From NCBI GenBank assembly GCA_965214835.1, contig CBDCCK010000002.1, positions 2,784,001-2,848,000 on the forward strand: 64,000 bases of DNA, written 5' to 3'. This DNA is from Nitrosopumilaceae archaeon (GTDB taxonomy: Archaea; Thermoproteota; Nitrososphaeria; Nitrososphaerales; Nitrosopumilaceae). This document shows, one piece after another, positions 10,266 through 20,419 of the stretch. A program made the translations under genes and the position numbers. Below the pieces are notes generated by a model. The model saw only the letters and a list, made by a program, of their open reading frames with translations, made no database searches and had not been told where the DNA came from. Every line of letters begins with the position of its first letter. The first letter of the stretch is position 1.

Positions 10266-11755
10266 GTAAAATCATCGAGTCCTGTTTGCTCCTGGTTTTC
10301 CTCCAGCACCTTGGTCATCCTGGCCCCCATGCTCCTTGCAGACTCTATCTTCCGCTTCCCGATCCAATAATAGGTCTCATCAATGGTGTCCCTGGCAATC
10401 AAGACAATCAGCCTCCCGCTGTCCTTTCGTCCGGTTCTGCCCCTGCGCTGGACAAACCTGATGGAGCTTGGAACGTTGTCATAAAAAACCACCAGGTTGA
10501 CCTCTGAGACGTCAAGCCCCTCCTCGCCGACCCGGGTTGCAACCAGTACTTGGTATTGGCCGCTTCGGAACTTTTCGACGGCCTCAATCTGTGCCTTTTG
10601 TTTCAGGCCGGCCTCGCCTGCCTTTCCAATCAGGATTCCCGCACGTATCCCGTCCCGGATCAAATTCTTGTGGATTACGTCCACGGAGTCCCGATAGCTG
10701 GAAAACACAAGCGCCTTGCCCTCAAGATTCTGCAGTATTTGAAGAAGCTTGGGGATCTTAGAGTGCTCGATGCCCTTTTGCTGTGCAGAATGCGCCAGCT
10801 GAACCGCACGCGTAAAGTTCGGGTCTGTCTCAAAGAGCTCCCTTACGCCGGCCCCCTTCTTCTGCCTTGCCCGCTCGCAGAACTTCAAAAATGGGGTGAT
10901 GCCGTGGGCCTCCAGGATGCCAAGCGCATAATGAATCCGGATGGCGGTGAAAAGCGGTTTTGCAGAACGTCGGTTCTGTGCAAGCACGAACTGCCGGGTT
11001 CGAAGCAGTGCAGACAGTGATTTTTGCTTGGACAGGTCTATCCCGTTTTTTTTCAGTGTATCATATCTCTCGTCGAGTGCATTCTTTACCAGAGCCTGGA
11101 TTGTCCTGAGCTCGTCGGGCAGCCTGACGCTAACCCACCTGGTATCAGTCTCCTGGACATACGGCTTTACGTCGTCGCTTTCTTCGGTACGCTGCGCCAC
11201 GCTTGCGATTCTCAGGGTGGTCAGGATTTCTGTCGCCTTTTCCTTTTCACTGGGCAGTGTTGCAGTCATTCCCATCATCCTGGCATTAGAGCCTGCAAAG
11301 CGCCCTGCGATTCCCGAATAGGCATAGTCGCCTACGGTCCTGTGGGCCTCATCAAAGATCACCAAGGCAAACTGATCCGAGTCTACGATTCCGCGGTCTA
11401 GATCGTTTTTTGTGATTTCGGGGGTGGCGCAGACGATGCTGTTGGACCACAGCTTTTTTCGCTTGGATATATGATCCGTGCCGGTAACGACTCCGATATC
11501 ATCAAGCAGGACGTTTTCCTTGAGAAACTGATAGTGCTGGTTTACCAGGACGCGGGTCGGCGCAAGAAACAGAACCCCGCCGGCCCCCTTTTGCAGATAC
11601 TCGCATATTACCTGCAGTGCTATCGTGGTCTTTCCAAGGCCGGTGGGCAGGACCACGATACAGTTCTCAGAGACGGCCTGCCGGGCAAGGCTTACCTGGT
11701 AATCCCGCCTTTCAATGGAGTCCTTTTTCACGAACCTGTTCTCGAAATATTCCAA
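10262..11755 (-). CDS. hef: Hef/FANCM-type DEAD/DEAH helicase (no nuclease domain)
   Basis: RDYQ, LPTGLGKT, DEAHR, MTAT, EEGLDV, QRRGRTGR. Confidence 0.9.
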   Translation of the reverse strand: MEYFENRFVKKDSIERRDYQVSLARQAVSENCIVVLPTGLGKTTIALQVICEYLQKGAGGVLFLAPTRVLVNQHYQFLKENVLLDDIGVVTGTDHISKRKKLWSNSIVCATPEITKNDLDRGIVDSDQFALVIFDEAHRTVGDYAYSGIAGRFAGSNARMMGMTATLPSEKEKATEILTTLRIASVAQRTEESDDVKPYVQETDTRWVSVRLPDELRTIQALVKNALDERYDTLKKNGIDLSKQKSLSALLRTRQFVLAQNRRSAKPLFTAIRIHYALGILEAHGITPFLKFCERARQKKGAGVRELFETDPNFTRAVQLAHSAQQKGIEHSKIPKLLQILQNLEGKALVFSSYRDSVDVIHKNLIRDGIRAGILIGKAGEAGLKQKAQIEAVEKFRSGQYQVLVATRVGEEGLDVSEVNLVVFYDNVPSSIRFVQRRGRTGRKDSGRLIVLIARDTIDETYYWIGKRKIESARSMGARMTKVLEENQEQTGLDDFT

Positions 11756-11888
11756 TCAGCCTTCTAGTGGCATGGCTTTGATTTTATTCTTTTAGTGTAG
11801 CATAAAGGAAGCTATTGCTCAATTCTGCGTCAGCCTCGGATCCAAAGATCCGCTGAATATTAAATAAGGGGCGGTAAAAACCCCAACC

Positions 11889-11978
11889 ATGAACAGCGAC
11901 TTCAAGGCAATAGGGTATTCCTTGATCGGCATAATAGCCCTAGGCATAGCCTGGGGATTCTATACAGTCTACGGCTAG
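11889..11978 (+). CDS. Small single-pass membrane protein (29 aa; not in the ORF track)
   Basis: MNSDFKAIGYSLIGIIALGIAWGFYTVYG; TTAAATA about 25 nt upstream. Confidence 0.65.
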   Translation: MNSDFKAIGYSLIGIIALGIAWGFYTVYG

Positions 11979-12036
11979 TCGTTTAGATCGGTTCCCGGCT
12001 CAAATCCATATATTGCGGCAGTGGCAACTGTGCGTG

Positions 12037-12555
12037 TTGAGCACCTTTGAGAGGCCAGGCTGGGACGAGTACTTTATGCTGCAGGCAGAGCTGGCCAAGC
12101 TGCGCTCCAACTGCATAGCAAGGCAGGTCGGCGCGGTGATTGTAAGGGACAACAGGCAGCTTGCCACAGGCTATAACGGAACACCGCCTGGCGTAAAAAA
12201 CTGCTTTGATGGCGGGTGCAAGAGATGCCAGCTGCGCACGGAGGGGAAGATCAAGTCAGGGGATCTGCTTGACAGGTGTCTTTGCAACCATGCAGAGGCC
12301 AATGCAATCATGCACTGCGCGATCCTAGGCATCGAGGCAGGCGTCAAAGGGGCAATGCTGTATACGACGCTGGTGCCATGCCTAGAGTGCACAAAAATGG
12401 CAGTCACGATTGGAATCAGGAGGATTATTTGCCTTGACTCCTACCCCGAAACAGATTATGGGCTGATAAAGGAGGCAGGGGTGAAGGTGGTCACGCTGGA
12501 TAAAAACAAGATTCAAAAATGGGCACAGCAGCTAACGGGTGATTATTCAAAATAG
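12037..12555 (+). CDS. dCMP deaminase
   Basis: RPGWDEYFM, GYNG, HAEANAI, PCLEC zinc motifs; probable TTG start. Confidence 0.92.
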   Translation: MSTFERPGWDEYFMLQAELAKLRSNCIARQVGAVIVRDNRQLATGYNGTPPGVKNCFDGGCKRCQLRTEGKIKSGDLLDRCLCNHAEANAIMHCAILGIEAGVKGAMLYTTLVPCLECTKMAVTIGIRRIICLDSYPETDYGLIKEAGVKVVTLDKNKIQKWAQQLTGDYSK

Positions 12556-12557
12556 CC

Positions 12558-15104
12558 ATGTCAGTACAACAAGCACAAAGAGTAACCGAGCTGCCTCCCT
12601 CCATGCTGGTGTCTGCGACATATGACAGCAAGAACAGGTGCGCAGTACTAAAGTTCTACGAACCAGAGTCGCAGAAAATCATCCTATGGCGGGACGAGAT
12701 AGGCCACAGGCCGTACTGCTACTCAAAGCTAAACCCGGACGAGCTTGGATTCATCGCAGGCAGGAAGGATCTGATAGAAATCAAGGACGTCCGGCGAAAC
12801 GACCTGCTCAGGAGCGAGGAGATTCCGCTATCAAAGATTGTCGTAGAGGATCCGCTGGCCATAGGCGGCACTGCAACGGACAAAAGCCTGAGAAACGTAA
12901 TCGAGACGTGGGAGTCAGACATAAAATACTATGAGAGTTATCTTTACGACAGATCGTTGATCATCGGCAAGTTCTACGAGATCAAGGACTCAAAGGTGAC
13001 CCCGCACGACATGGAGATCCCCCCGGAGGTAAAAGAGTCGCTCAAGACCCTGCTGTGGGAGAATATCTCAGATGAGAAGATGGTAGATCCCGGGCAGTTT
13101 GAGGAGTACATTTCAGACTGGGCGGATCTGCTCAACCAGCCCATTCCAAAGATGAGACGGGTGAGCGTGGACATAGAGGTAGAGGCGGAGGTCGGCCGCA
13201 TTCCGGATCCCAAGCTGGCCGAAAGGAAGGTTACGGCCATAGGGTTTTCAGGAAGCGACGGGTTCAGGGAGATCCTTGTGCTAAGGAAAGCGGGGGTTCA
13301 GCAGGGGGCCAACGACCTGGACTTTGAGCCAAGGTTCTACGAGGAGGAGGACGAAAGACAGATGATACTGGACGCCTTTGGCCTGCTCAGGGAGTTTGCG
13401 TTCGTCCTGACGTATAACGGGGACGAGTTTGATCTGCCGTACCTTTTCAATCGGGCAGAGAGGCTGGGAGTCAAGACGGAGGACAACCCGCTGTACATGA
13501 TGAGGGACTCGGCCACCCTAAAGCACGGCGTGCACATCGACCTGTACAGGACCCTGTCCAACAGATCCTTTCAGATCTACGCATTCAGCCACAAGTATTC
13601 GGACTTTTCGCTCAACAGCGTCTCAAAGGCGCTGCTGGGCAAGGAGAAGATCGACTATGGCGTGGAGTTAAACGACCTGACGCTTTACCAGACTGCAAAC
13701 TATTGCTACAACGACGCGCTACTGACCTACGAGCTTGCAAGCTTTAACAGCGACCTGCTGATGAACCTGCTAGTCGTAATCGCAAGAATCGGCAGGATGC
13801 CGATTGACGACATTGCAAGGCTCGGGGTGTCGCAGTGGATTCGCAGCCTGATGTATTACGAGCACCGCCAGAGAAACGCGCTGATTCCAAAGAGGGAGGA
13901 GCTGCAAAAGCACTCGGCTGCGGTGTCCTCAGAGGCCGTAATCAAGGACAAAAAGTACCGGGGCGGCCTGGTCGTGGATCCCATGGAGGGAATCCACTTT
14001 AACGTCACGGTGATGGACTTTGCAAGCCTGTATCCGAGCATCATCAAGGTGCGAAACCTGTCCTATGAGACGGTAAGGTGTCCGCACGAGGAGTGCAGGG
14101 CAAACACCATCCCGCAGACCAGCCACTGGGTATGCACCAAGAAAAACGGGATGACGGCCATGCTCATAGGCTCGCTACGGGACCTTAGGGTAAACTACTA
14201 CAAGAGCCTGTCAAAAAGGGAGTCGATTACAGAGGAGCAGAGGCAGCAGTACACGGTCGTCAGCCAGGCGCTCAAGGTCATCCTCAACGCCAGCTACGGT
14301 GTAATGGGCGCAGAGATATTCCCCCTGTACTTCCTGCCTGCCGCGGAGGCCACGACTGCCATCGGGAGGCACATAATTTTGCAGACGATTGAAAGGTGCA
14401 AGGAGTTTGGAGTCGAGGTGCTATACGGCGACACGGACTCGCTGTTCATCAAGAACCCCACGCAGGAGCAGATCGACAGGGTCATCAAGCAGGCAAAAAA
14501 GGATCACGGTGTTGACCTTGAGGTGGACAAGGAGTACAGGTATGCGGTGCTGAGCAACAGAAAGAAGAACTACCTGGGGGTCACAAGGTCAGGCAAGGTG
14601 GACGTCAAGGGGCTGACGGGGAAAAAATCCCACACGCCGGGGTTCATCAAAAAGCTGTTTTATGAGCTGCTCGACGTGCTATCCGAGGTCGAAACAATAG
14701 AGGGCTTTGAGCGCGCCAAAAAGGAGATCAGCGACAGGATTGCAGGCTATGCAAAAAAGGTGCAGGAAAAGGAGATCCCGCTTGAGGATCTGGCGTACAA
14801 CGTCATGATAAGCAAGGCGCCCTCAGAGTATGTCAAGACGGTCCCCCAGCACATCAGGGCCGCCAAGATGCTAGAGTCCACAAGGGAGATCAAAAAGGGT
14901 GACATCATATCGTACATCAAGACGCTGGGCAAGCCAGGTGTAAAGCCAGTCGAGCTTGCAAGGCAGACCGAGATTGATCCGAAGAAATACCTCGAGTTCA
15001 TGGAGTCGACACTTGACCAGATAACGTCCTCCATGGATCTTGACTTTGACACCATACTGGGCAAGCCAAAGCAGACCGGCCTGGACCAGTTTTTCTGGAA
15101 CTGA
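12558..15104 (+). CDS. polB: Family B DNA polymerase (PolB1)
   Basis: Exonuclease DIE, YNGDEFD; polymerase DFASLYPS, KVILNASYG, YGDTDS, KKNY. Confidence 0.97.
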   Translation: MSVQQAQRVTELPPSMLVSATYDSKNRCAVLKFYEPESQKIILWRDEIGHRPYCYSKLNPDELGFIAGRKDLIEIKDVRRNDLLRSEEIPLSKIVVEDPLAIGGTATDKSLRNVIETWESDIKYYESYLYDRSLIIGKFYEIKDSKVTPHDMEIPPEVKESLKTLLWENISDEKMVDPGQFEEYISDWADLLNQPIPKMRRVSVDIEVEAEVGRIPDPKLAERKVTAIGFSGSDGFREILVLRKAGVQQGANDLDFEPRFYEEEDERQMILDAFGLLREFAFVLTYNGDEFDLPYLFNRAERLGVKTEDNPLYMMRDSATLKHGVHIDLYRTLSNRSFQIYAFSHKYSDFSLNSVSKALLGKEKIDYGVELNDLTLYQTANYCYNDALLTYELASFNSDLLMNLLVVIARIGRMPIDDIARLGVSQWIRSLMYYEHRQRNALIPKREELQKHSAAVSSEAVIKDKKYRGGLVVDPMEGIHFNVTVMDFASLYPSIIKVRNLSYETVRCPHEECRANTIPQTSHWVCTKKNGMTAMLIGSLRDLRVNYYKSLSKRESITEEQRQQYTVVSQALKVILNASYGVMGAEIFPLYFLPAAEATTAIGRHIILQTIERCKEFGVEVLYGDTDSLFIKNPTQEQIDRVIKQAKKDHGVDLEVDKEYRYAVLSNRKKNYLGVTRSGKVDVKGLTGKKSHTPGFIKKLFYELLDVLSEVETIEGFERAKKEISDRIAGYAKKVQEKEIPLEDLAYNVMISKAPSEYVKTVPQHIRAAKMLESTREIKKGDIISYIKTLGKPGVKPVELARQTEIDPKKYLEFMESTLDQITSSMDLDFDTILGKPKQTGLDQFFWN

Positions 15105-15108
15105 TTGC

Positions 15109-15396
15109 ATGTACCTGGACGAAGGCACGCTTACCCTAGTCGGAATTCTTGCGGGAATCCTGATTTTGTCTGGATGGGTGCAGCAGATCATCAAGGGATA
15201 CAGGACAAAAAGCCTCAAGGACGTATCCAGGTACCTGATGTCCCTGATTGCAGCAGGGGCGGCGCTGTGGCTGGTCTACGGGATAGAGGTGGAGGACGTC
15301 TACATCATAGGCACGAACCTTGCGGCAATAGTGCTGATGGTAATCGTGATTGCCATGAAGCAAAGGTACGACAGGAACATCCGGATCAAGGATTAA
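15109..15396 (+). CDS. SemiSWEET/PQ-loop-family membrane protein
   Basis: Three hydrophobic segments; QIIKGYRTKSLKDVS...LWLVYG. Confidence 0.8.
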   Translation: MYLDEGTLTLVGILAGILILSGWVQQIIKGYRTKSLKDVSRYLMSLIAAGAALWLVYGIEVEDVYIIGTNLAAIVLMVIVIAMKQRYDRNIRIKD

Positions 15397-15792
15397 ATAG
15401 CAACAAGGGGTGCATTGAGACAGGCCTTGTTTGTCGGGACTAGTAAGTTAACGGGAGCTGATTTATCTTGGAAAGCGTCGGGAGCTGGAACTTGTGACCA
15501 TTCTAGGCACTAACCGCCGAGTGATGCGTTCAACTGGCAGACCTGCGCTTACTCAGTTTAATCGAATATCTCCATCGACTATCTTCTGTATCTCAAGCGG
15601 ATCCCCCTGTCTAAAATCGAACTTTGGCGTAAGCTGGCCTGCTCATATTAAACTAGGCGTGGGTTAGAGAGACACCGTCCGCCACCGCTAAAGGGCCCGA
15701 ACGTTTTAACATAGATGGGAAGACTGCACGTCTAGAAAGACTGAAATGAGACGATCACTTTTTGTGTATGTAACCATTTATCGTTCTATTGT

Positions 15793-15850
15793 ATGAAAAT
15801 TGCAAAATTCAAAAGTAGAATCAAGGTGGCAGGCAGGGCTGTTGAATACT
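15793..15850 (+). pseudogene. First 19 codons of a gene (possibly a GHKL/MORC-type ATPase) cut by an IS
   Basis: MKIAKFKSRIKVAGRAVEY runs into the IS left end; family is a guess from the N-terminal pattern. Confidence 0.35.
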
Positions 15851-16830
15851 AGACCTTATGCGTAAACGAAATTAGCGGTGGTACCCCCGATACCCATGCT
15901 ACAAAGAGAGGGCGCAGCAGTGACGGCACACACACATGACGGTGCCTTGCAATGTTCAAAATATTTGATCAAAACCACAACTGTTTTCAGACGATTGATT
16001 TAGATCCGGGATCCATTCCCTCACAAGAGTAATGGCAAAGTCCGAGACCGAGCAGATACGACTGCTGAGGAAGAGAATCGAGCAGTACGAGAAGGAGAAG
16101 GTACAGGACAGGAAGGAGAAGGCGCGGGACAAAAAGAAGATCAGGAAGTATGAGAAGAGGATCAAGAGGCACGAGAAGAAAATCGGGAAGGACAGGAAGG
16201 AGAAGGCGCGGGCAGGCAGGAGAGGATGCGGTACAGGAAGGAGATCAGAGAGTACGAGAAGAAGGGCAGGCAGGACGGCAGGAGGCACGAGCGGGATCAG
16301 GAGAGGATAGGGCAGCTGGAGCAGCAGCTGGACGCCGAGCGCCGGATGTGGCCCGCAACCTGGGATGACGACAGGCGCACCGCGGACAACGCCGCGTTCA
16401 TACACAGGCTCGAGGTGCTCGAGGACATAATCGGCGGCGGATCCCTGCAGCCCACCACGTCGATGAACCGCCGCCGGTTTGACTATACATACGACCGGTT
16501 TACGGAGTTTGCCAAAAAGCACACGGAGGGCCCCCTATTCTCAGAGGACGAGGACGACGGGCCCGGAAACCGGTGCAAGCTGTCCTACCGCCACGCTCCC
16601 CTGCTGGCCCTGATGCGCAAGTACGGAAACCCGACACGGGAGCAGCTTGCGGCGTTCTTTGGCATAGACCAGAGCACGGTATGCAGATACCTCAAGTATT
16701 GCGACATGATATTTCTCAAGATACTGCCCACGCCGGACGCCGTATCTCAGAAGATACGAAACGCCCGCACGATCGAGGGGCTCAGGGAGATCATCCCGGA
16801 TCTGACCGTGATTGTAGACGGCACGCACAT

Positions 16831-18246
16831 CAGTAGTTCCTCGATGTACTTTTGCAGGCACGATAATTACGCAATTTGCCGAGATTTTTTGACCATCATA
16901 CTATAGATCAGGCGGTGTGCCAACCATCATCATGATACCAACACAAAACGACGTGTTTGCACACCAGTTTGACATAACATCGAGACAGTTTAAAACATTG
17001 CGACGGCGGTTTCCCAAGCTCGGGCTGGCCGTCTCAAAGAGTCGCAACGCAGTGTATGACCACATCGACGCACTGCGCGTTCTATATTTCATGTCTGAGA
17101 GGAGGATGTTTGCAGAATCTGCCGTGACGCACCTTCGCAGGCGGGCCTCAAAATGCAGCAGGCAGCAGCATGACGACGGGGCTGCCTCCAAGGGCGGCGC
17201 GTATAGTTGCCGTACGCCTAGTCCGGACTGGATCCTAAAGGCGATCCGGGGCGTCAGCCTGGATGATGCGCAAAAGTGGTGCAGCTCCATGCTGCAGCAT
17301 ACGGTAAGGTGCGCCCGCAGGTCAGGCATGCTGCACAACACGGACGTCGTGGCAGTGGACGTTACCGACGTGGAATACTATGGCAAGGGCCTGGAGGATA
17401 TCGCCAGAAAGTCAAAGCCCAAGAACGGCACGTCGACGTTTCTCTCGCACATTACCATGCACGGAATAGGATCAGATGACGGGTCTGACCTCGTGCTTTC
17501 CTCGCTGCAGCTTCCAAAAGAGGCAAAACTGGCCGATTTCGTGCCTAAAATGATCCGCAAGGCGTCCAGATCAGGGATGAGGATCAAGACGTTCCTGTAT
17601 GACCGCGGGTTCTTTAACGTGGACTGCATGAGGGCTGCAGAAACAAGCACGGGCAGCTACATCATGCCTGCCGTCAAGAACAGGAGGATAGTGGCGGCAA
17701 TAGAGGAGCATGACCGCGGAGAACGCGGTGCGGTATCAAAATATACAATGACCAACAAGGACGGCAAGAGCGCCACATTCAGGCTAGTCATTGTGGAAAA
17801 GGACGAGGTAGAAAAGGACGGCACGGCAGCAGCAAAGAAGGACAAGGCAGAAGAGACCATAGCCGACAGGTATCTGGTCTTTGCCACCAACATGTCTGCT
17901 AAAAGTGCAGAGGCAGTCATTGAGCAGATACCGGAGGAGTACCGCAGTCGGTGGGGAATCGAGACCGGGTTCAGGGTGATCAAGGGGATAATGGGCAAGA
18001 CGTGCAGCAATTCCCCGGTCGTCAGGCTGCTGCTGTTCTATATGTCTGTCATACTGTACAACCTGTGGAGGACTGCCGTGTTCATAGACGTGGAATCCAA
18101 GTGGGACGGATTTGCAGGAGGGAAGGGGTTTACCATGATGCTGTTTGTCGCGTGCATTGTCGATGCGGCCGACTCGTTTGTAAACGATCGCGGAAAGTAG
18201 CGGAGGTGCCGTGTCGGGTCTGCAAAAGTACATCTAGGAAGTACTG
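16831..18246 (+). mobile_element. ISH3-like (IS4 superfamily) element, copy 1 (1416 bp)
   Basis: TIRs CAGTAGTTCCTCGATGTACTTTTGCAG / CTGCAAAAGTACATCTAGGAAGTACTG; 4-bp TSD ACAT. Confidence 0.92.
16917..18200 (+). CDS. ISH3/IS4-type DDE transposase
   Basis: AVDVT, YDRGF, YRSRWGIETGFR (YREK-like motif). Confidence 0.92.
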   Translation: MPTIIMIPTQNDVFAHQFDITSRQFKTLRRRFPKLGLAVSKSRNAVYDHIDALRVLYFMSERRMFAESAVTHLRRRASKCSRQQHDDGAASKGGAYSCRTPSPDWILKAIRGVSLDDAQKWCSSMLQHTVRCARRSGMLHNTDVVAVDVTDVEYYGKGLEDIARKSKPKNGTSTFLSHITMHGIGSDDGSDLVLSSLQLPKEAKLADFVPKMIRKASRSGMRIKTFLYDRGFFNVDCMRAAETSTGSYIMPAVKNRRIVAAIEEHDRGERGAVSKYTMTNKDGKSATFRLVIVEKDEVEKDGTAAAKKDKAEETIADRYLVFATNMSAKSAEAVIEQIPEEYRSRWGIETGFRVIKGIMGKTCSNSPVVRLLLFYMSVILYNLWRTAVFIDVESKWDGFAGGKGFTMMLFVACIVDAADSFVNDRGK

Positions 18247-18988
18247 ACATCGACATACAGCGCCCCTCGGACAAGGAGCCAAGAAAGGGGGGCGTACTCG
18301 GGCAGGAAGAAGAGCTTTACGCGCAACACCCAGGTGATTGCCGGCAAGAAGGGACTGACGATGTATGCAAGTCGGCGCCCGGAAGCGTGCACGACCTCAC
18401 CATGATAAAGAACAACCCACCGGATCTGGGAATCCTGACTGCCAGGAGCGCGGCAACAGAAAGCACCACGAGGACGAGAAGGTAAAGATGTTCTCGGATC
18501 TGGGATACGTGGGAATCGAGGAGGTGTATCCCGGGGTCAGATCCGTGCAGCCCAACAAGAAGCCAAGGAAAGGCAAGCTTACAAAGAAACAGAAAGCGCA
18601 GAACAGGAGGATAAGCAGCAAGAGGGTGACAGTAGAGCACGCCATAGGACGGATAAGGCAGTACAAGCGGATGCGTGATCCGTACGACGGGACTGCCCGA
18701 GGAGTTCGACAGGGAGTTCCAGGTGACGGCCGGGCTTGCCAACTTTAGGCTGCTGTGGGACAAGCGGAACAAGAAGCTCATGCATGGGTTCTGATATCAC
18801 GATACGGAGCGCATTGAGGCGCCACACGATGCCGCACGACATGGTAGTTTTTACCAGCTGGAATGGTCCGTAGCTGCACGATATACGGACTCTGCCGCCC
18901 CTGTACACGTCATGTGATGCCGTCAGCCTTGCATGTGTGGCCGGCCACCGTCGGAATATTTCGATCCGGTCGATTACGCATAAGGTCT

Positions 18989-19122
18989 AGTCTCTTCCTC
19001 TGATCTTCAAGAGCCTCATCGACGATGTATTCCTCCATGCTCTGCTCGATACATCTGAAGGTCTTCACCGGGACACTGCGTGTCAGAATTCCCCTTTCAA
19101 CCCTGGAAAAATCGACTTGCAA
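18989..19122 (-). pseudogene. Probable GNAT-type toxin N-terminus, truncated by the IS5 end
   Basis: FRCIEQSMEEYIVDEALEDQ resembles the F-x-C...L..F/Y...AL start of AtaT/TacT-like GNATs; directly abuts the small upstream gene. Confidence 0.5.
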
Positions 19123-19284
19123 TTAGAAAGTCACGGTGGGGATGTCTTTGGCGGACTTGAGCGCCTCTTTCAGTGCTTGGGCCTGTTCTGCCGTCTGCCC
19201 GGCCTCCACATCATCCGTAAGCTCCTTCCACTCAGCATCATCCAACGGCTCGATCTCTCTTAATGTCATGCATTTGGCAACCAT
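19123..19284 (-). CDS. Small acidic protein, putative antitoxin
   Basis: MVAKCMTLREIEPLDDAEWKELTDDVEAG...; stop abuts the putative toxin start. Confidence 0.55.
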   Translation of the reverse strand: MVAKCMTLREIEPLDDAEWKELTDDVEAGQTAEQAQALKEALKSAKDIPTVTF

Positions 19285-19319
19285 CACTCCTTTAATAAAA
19301 ATTGAGGCTTCCTTCAGGA

Positions 19320-19375
19320 GCAAGAGTTTACCCCTCATGCGGCACTGCTGGCCGGAGCCTTCATGATCACGCATG
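19320..19375. mobile_element. Partial MITE family B
   Basis: GCAAGAGTTTACCCC...CACTGCTGGCCGGAGCCTTCATGATCACG matches the first half of 26713-26803. Confidence 0.6.
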
Positions 19376-19581
19376 CTGGAGGAGTTCCTCGGTTTCACAG
19401 CATTGATTTCCTCAAAATCATCCAACCGGCAAAATCCGCCTACTCGACCTCACAGAATCACCCGTCTTTAACCTCTCAGGCAGAAACTCACATGTCACTG
19501 TGATCTTCGCGCCCTGATGATAGTGGACTCTGCCTGATCAACACCGGTCACTCCGCGCTTAAATCATCGTACGTATGGTGA

Positions 19582-19828
19582 CAGTCTTCCCAGAAGTAAC
19601 CCAGAAAACGGCCCCAGATTTGAAACAAATCAAATTAGGATATCTACAGATTCGCCTGCCGCCATCTGCACAGTCATGAATCACGTACTTCTGGGAAGAC
19701 TGCTAATCAGTCTTCCCAAAAGTACCGCATCAAATCATCCTAGGCTCGAAACAATTCAGATGATGATGCCTGCAGATCCACATGTCACCTACTGCACCGC
19801 CGTGAGTCGGTTACTTCTGGGAAGACGA
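19582..19828. mobile_element. Two tandem MITE family D copies (19582-19702, 19708-19828)
   Basis: Each is bounded by CAGTCTTCCCA(G/A)AAGTA ... TACTTCTGGGAAGAC. Confidence 0.75.
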
Positions 19829-19876
19829 TGTACCAATTACGCACAAAGTCTAGTATAGTGTAGATAAAGCTACTGA

Positions 19877-19967
19877 GTACGAGTTTACCACTTGGGCGTC
19901 ATTGGTGTCTGGAGCCTTCATGATCACGCCTGTCACACCGTATCTCAGGTGAGGGGTAAACTCGTAC
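19877..19967. mobile_element. MITE family B (91 bp)
   Basis: Perfect 13-bp TIR GTACGAGTTTACC / GGTAAACTCGTAC, identical to the left end of the element at 37272; flanked by ACTGA on both sides. Confidence 0.85.
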
Positions 19968-20235
19968 ACTGAGTGACATCTACGACGTGGATTTCTCTTT
20001 TCTCAACAAAAAGCGCACATCGAAGTATGACATCTTCCTCTTTGACATACACCTTGAAGCCTTCTCCACATGTAATAAAATGAAGCGATCCCATGGCTCT
20101 TGCCATGTTCCTAATGCTTTCAATCTCTTTCATGTAGATTTCAAAAGAATTAGAATCCTGTGAGTTGCGTGATCTAATCCAACTAATGACAGTTTGACTT
20201 ATTAGAGTATGCCAGCCATTTTGAGACAATTTCAA
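19945..20235 (-). CDS. Hypothetical protein, RelE-like size and pattern (putative toxin)
   Basis: 96 aa, downstream of a 43-aa partner; C-terminus extended by the MITE. Confidence 0.45.
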   Translation of the reverse strand: MKLSQNGWHTLISQTVISWIRSRNSQDSNSFEIYMKEIESIRNMARAMGSLHFITCGEGFKVYVKEEDVILRCALFVEKREIHVVDVTQCTSLPLT

Positions 20236-20236
20236 G

Positions 20237-20368
20237 TCACGAACTTAGAATATCTTTCAGGTTTCCCGTATAGTGCAATGGCGTTATGGAACCATCACGT
20301 ACCTTGGCCTTGTATGCCTTAATTGCGTCCGTATCATCCTGTGTCCATTCAAGCTTGCTAGGATTCAT
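20237..20368 (-). CDS. 43-aa protein, putative antitoxin (not in the ORF track)
   Basis: MNPSKLEWTQDDTDAIKAYKAKVRDGSITPLHYTGNLKDILSS; TTTAAATA about 25 nt upstream. Confidence 0.55.
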   Translation of the reverse strand: MNPSKLEWTQDDTDAIKAYKAKVRDGSITPLHYTGNLKDILSS

Positions 20369-20419
20369 GTTACACAGCACAAGTGCAATTATTTAAAGGT
20401 AATTATTTTAGGGGACTGG

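Larger units (their letters stand above)
15851..18988 (+). mobile_element. IS5-family element with a frameshifted coiled-coil DDE_Tnp_4-type transposase (16032-18794), interrupted by ISH3
   Basis: Ends AGACCTTATGCGTAA / TTACGCATAAGGTCT; VDGTH|IDIQRP, SDLGYVGI, RVTVEHAIGRIRQY; flanks ACT/AGT do not match. Confidence 0.85.

Noticed and set aside
12558-15104. PolB as a casposon or viral polymerase
   Set aside because: Cellular PolB1 in core context with dCMP deaminase and Hef; no cas1 or TIRs
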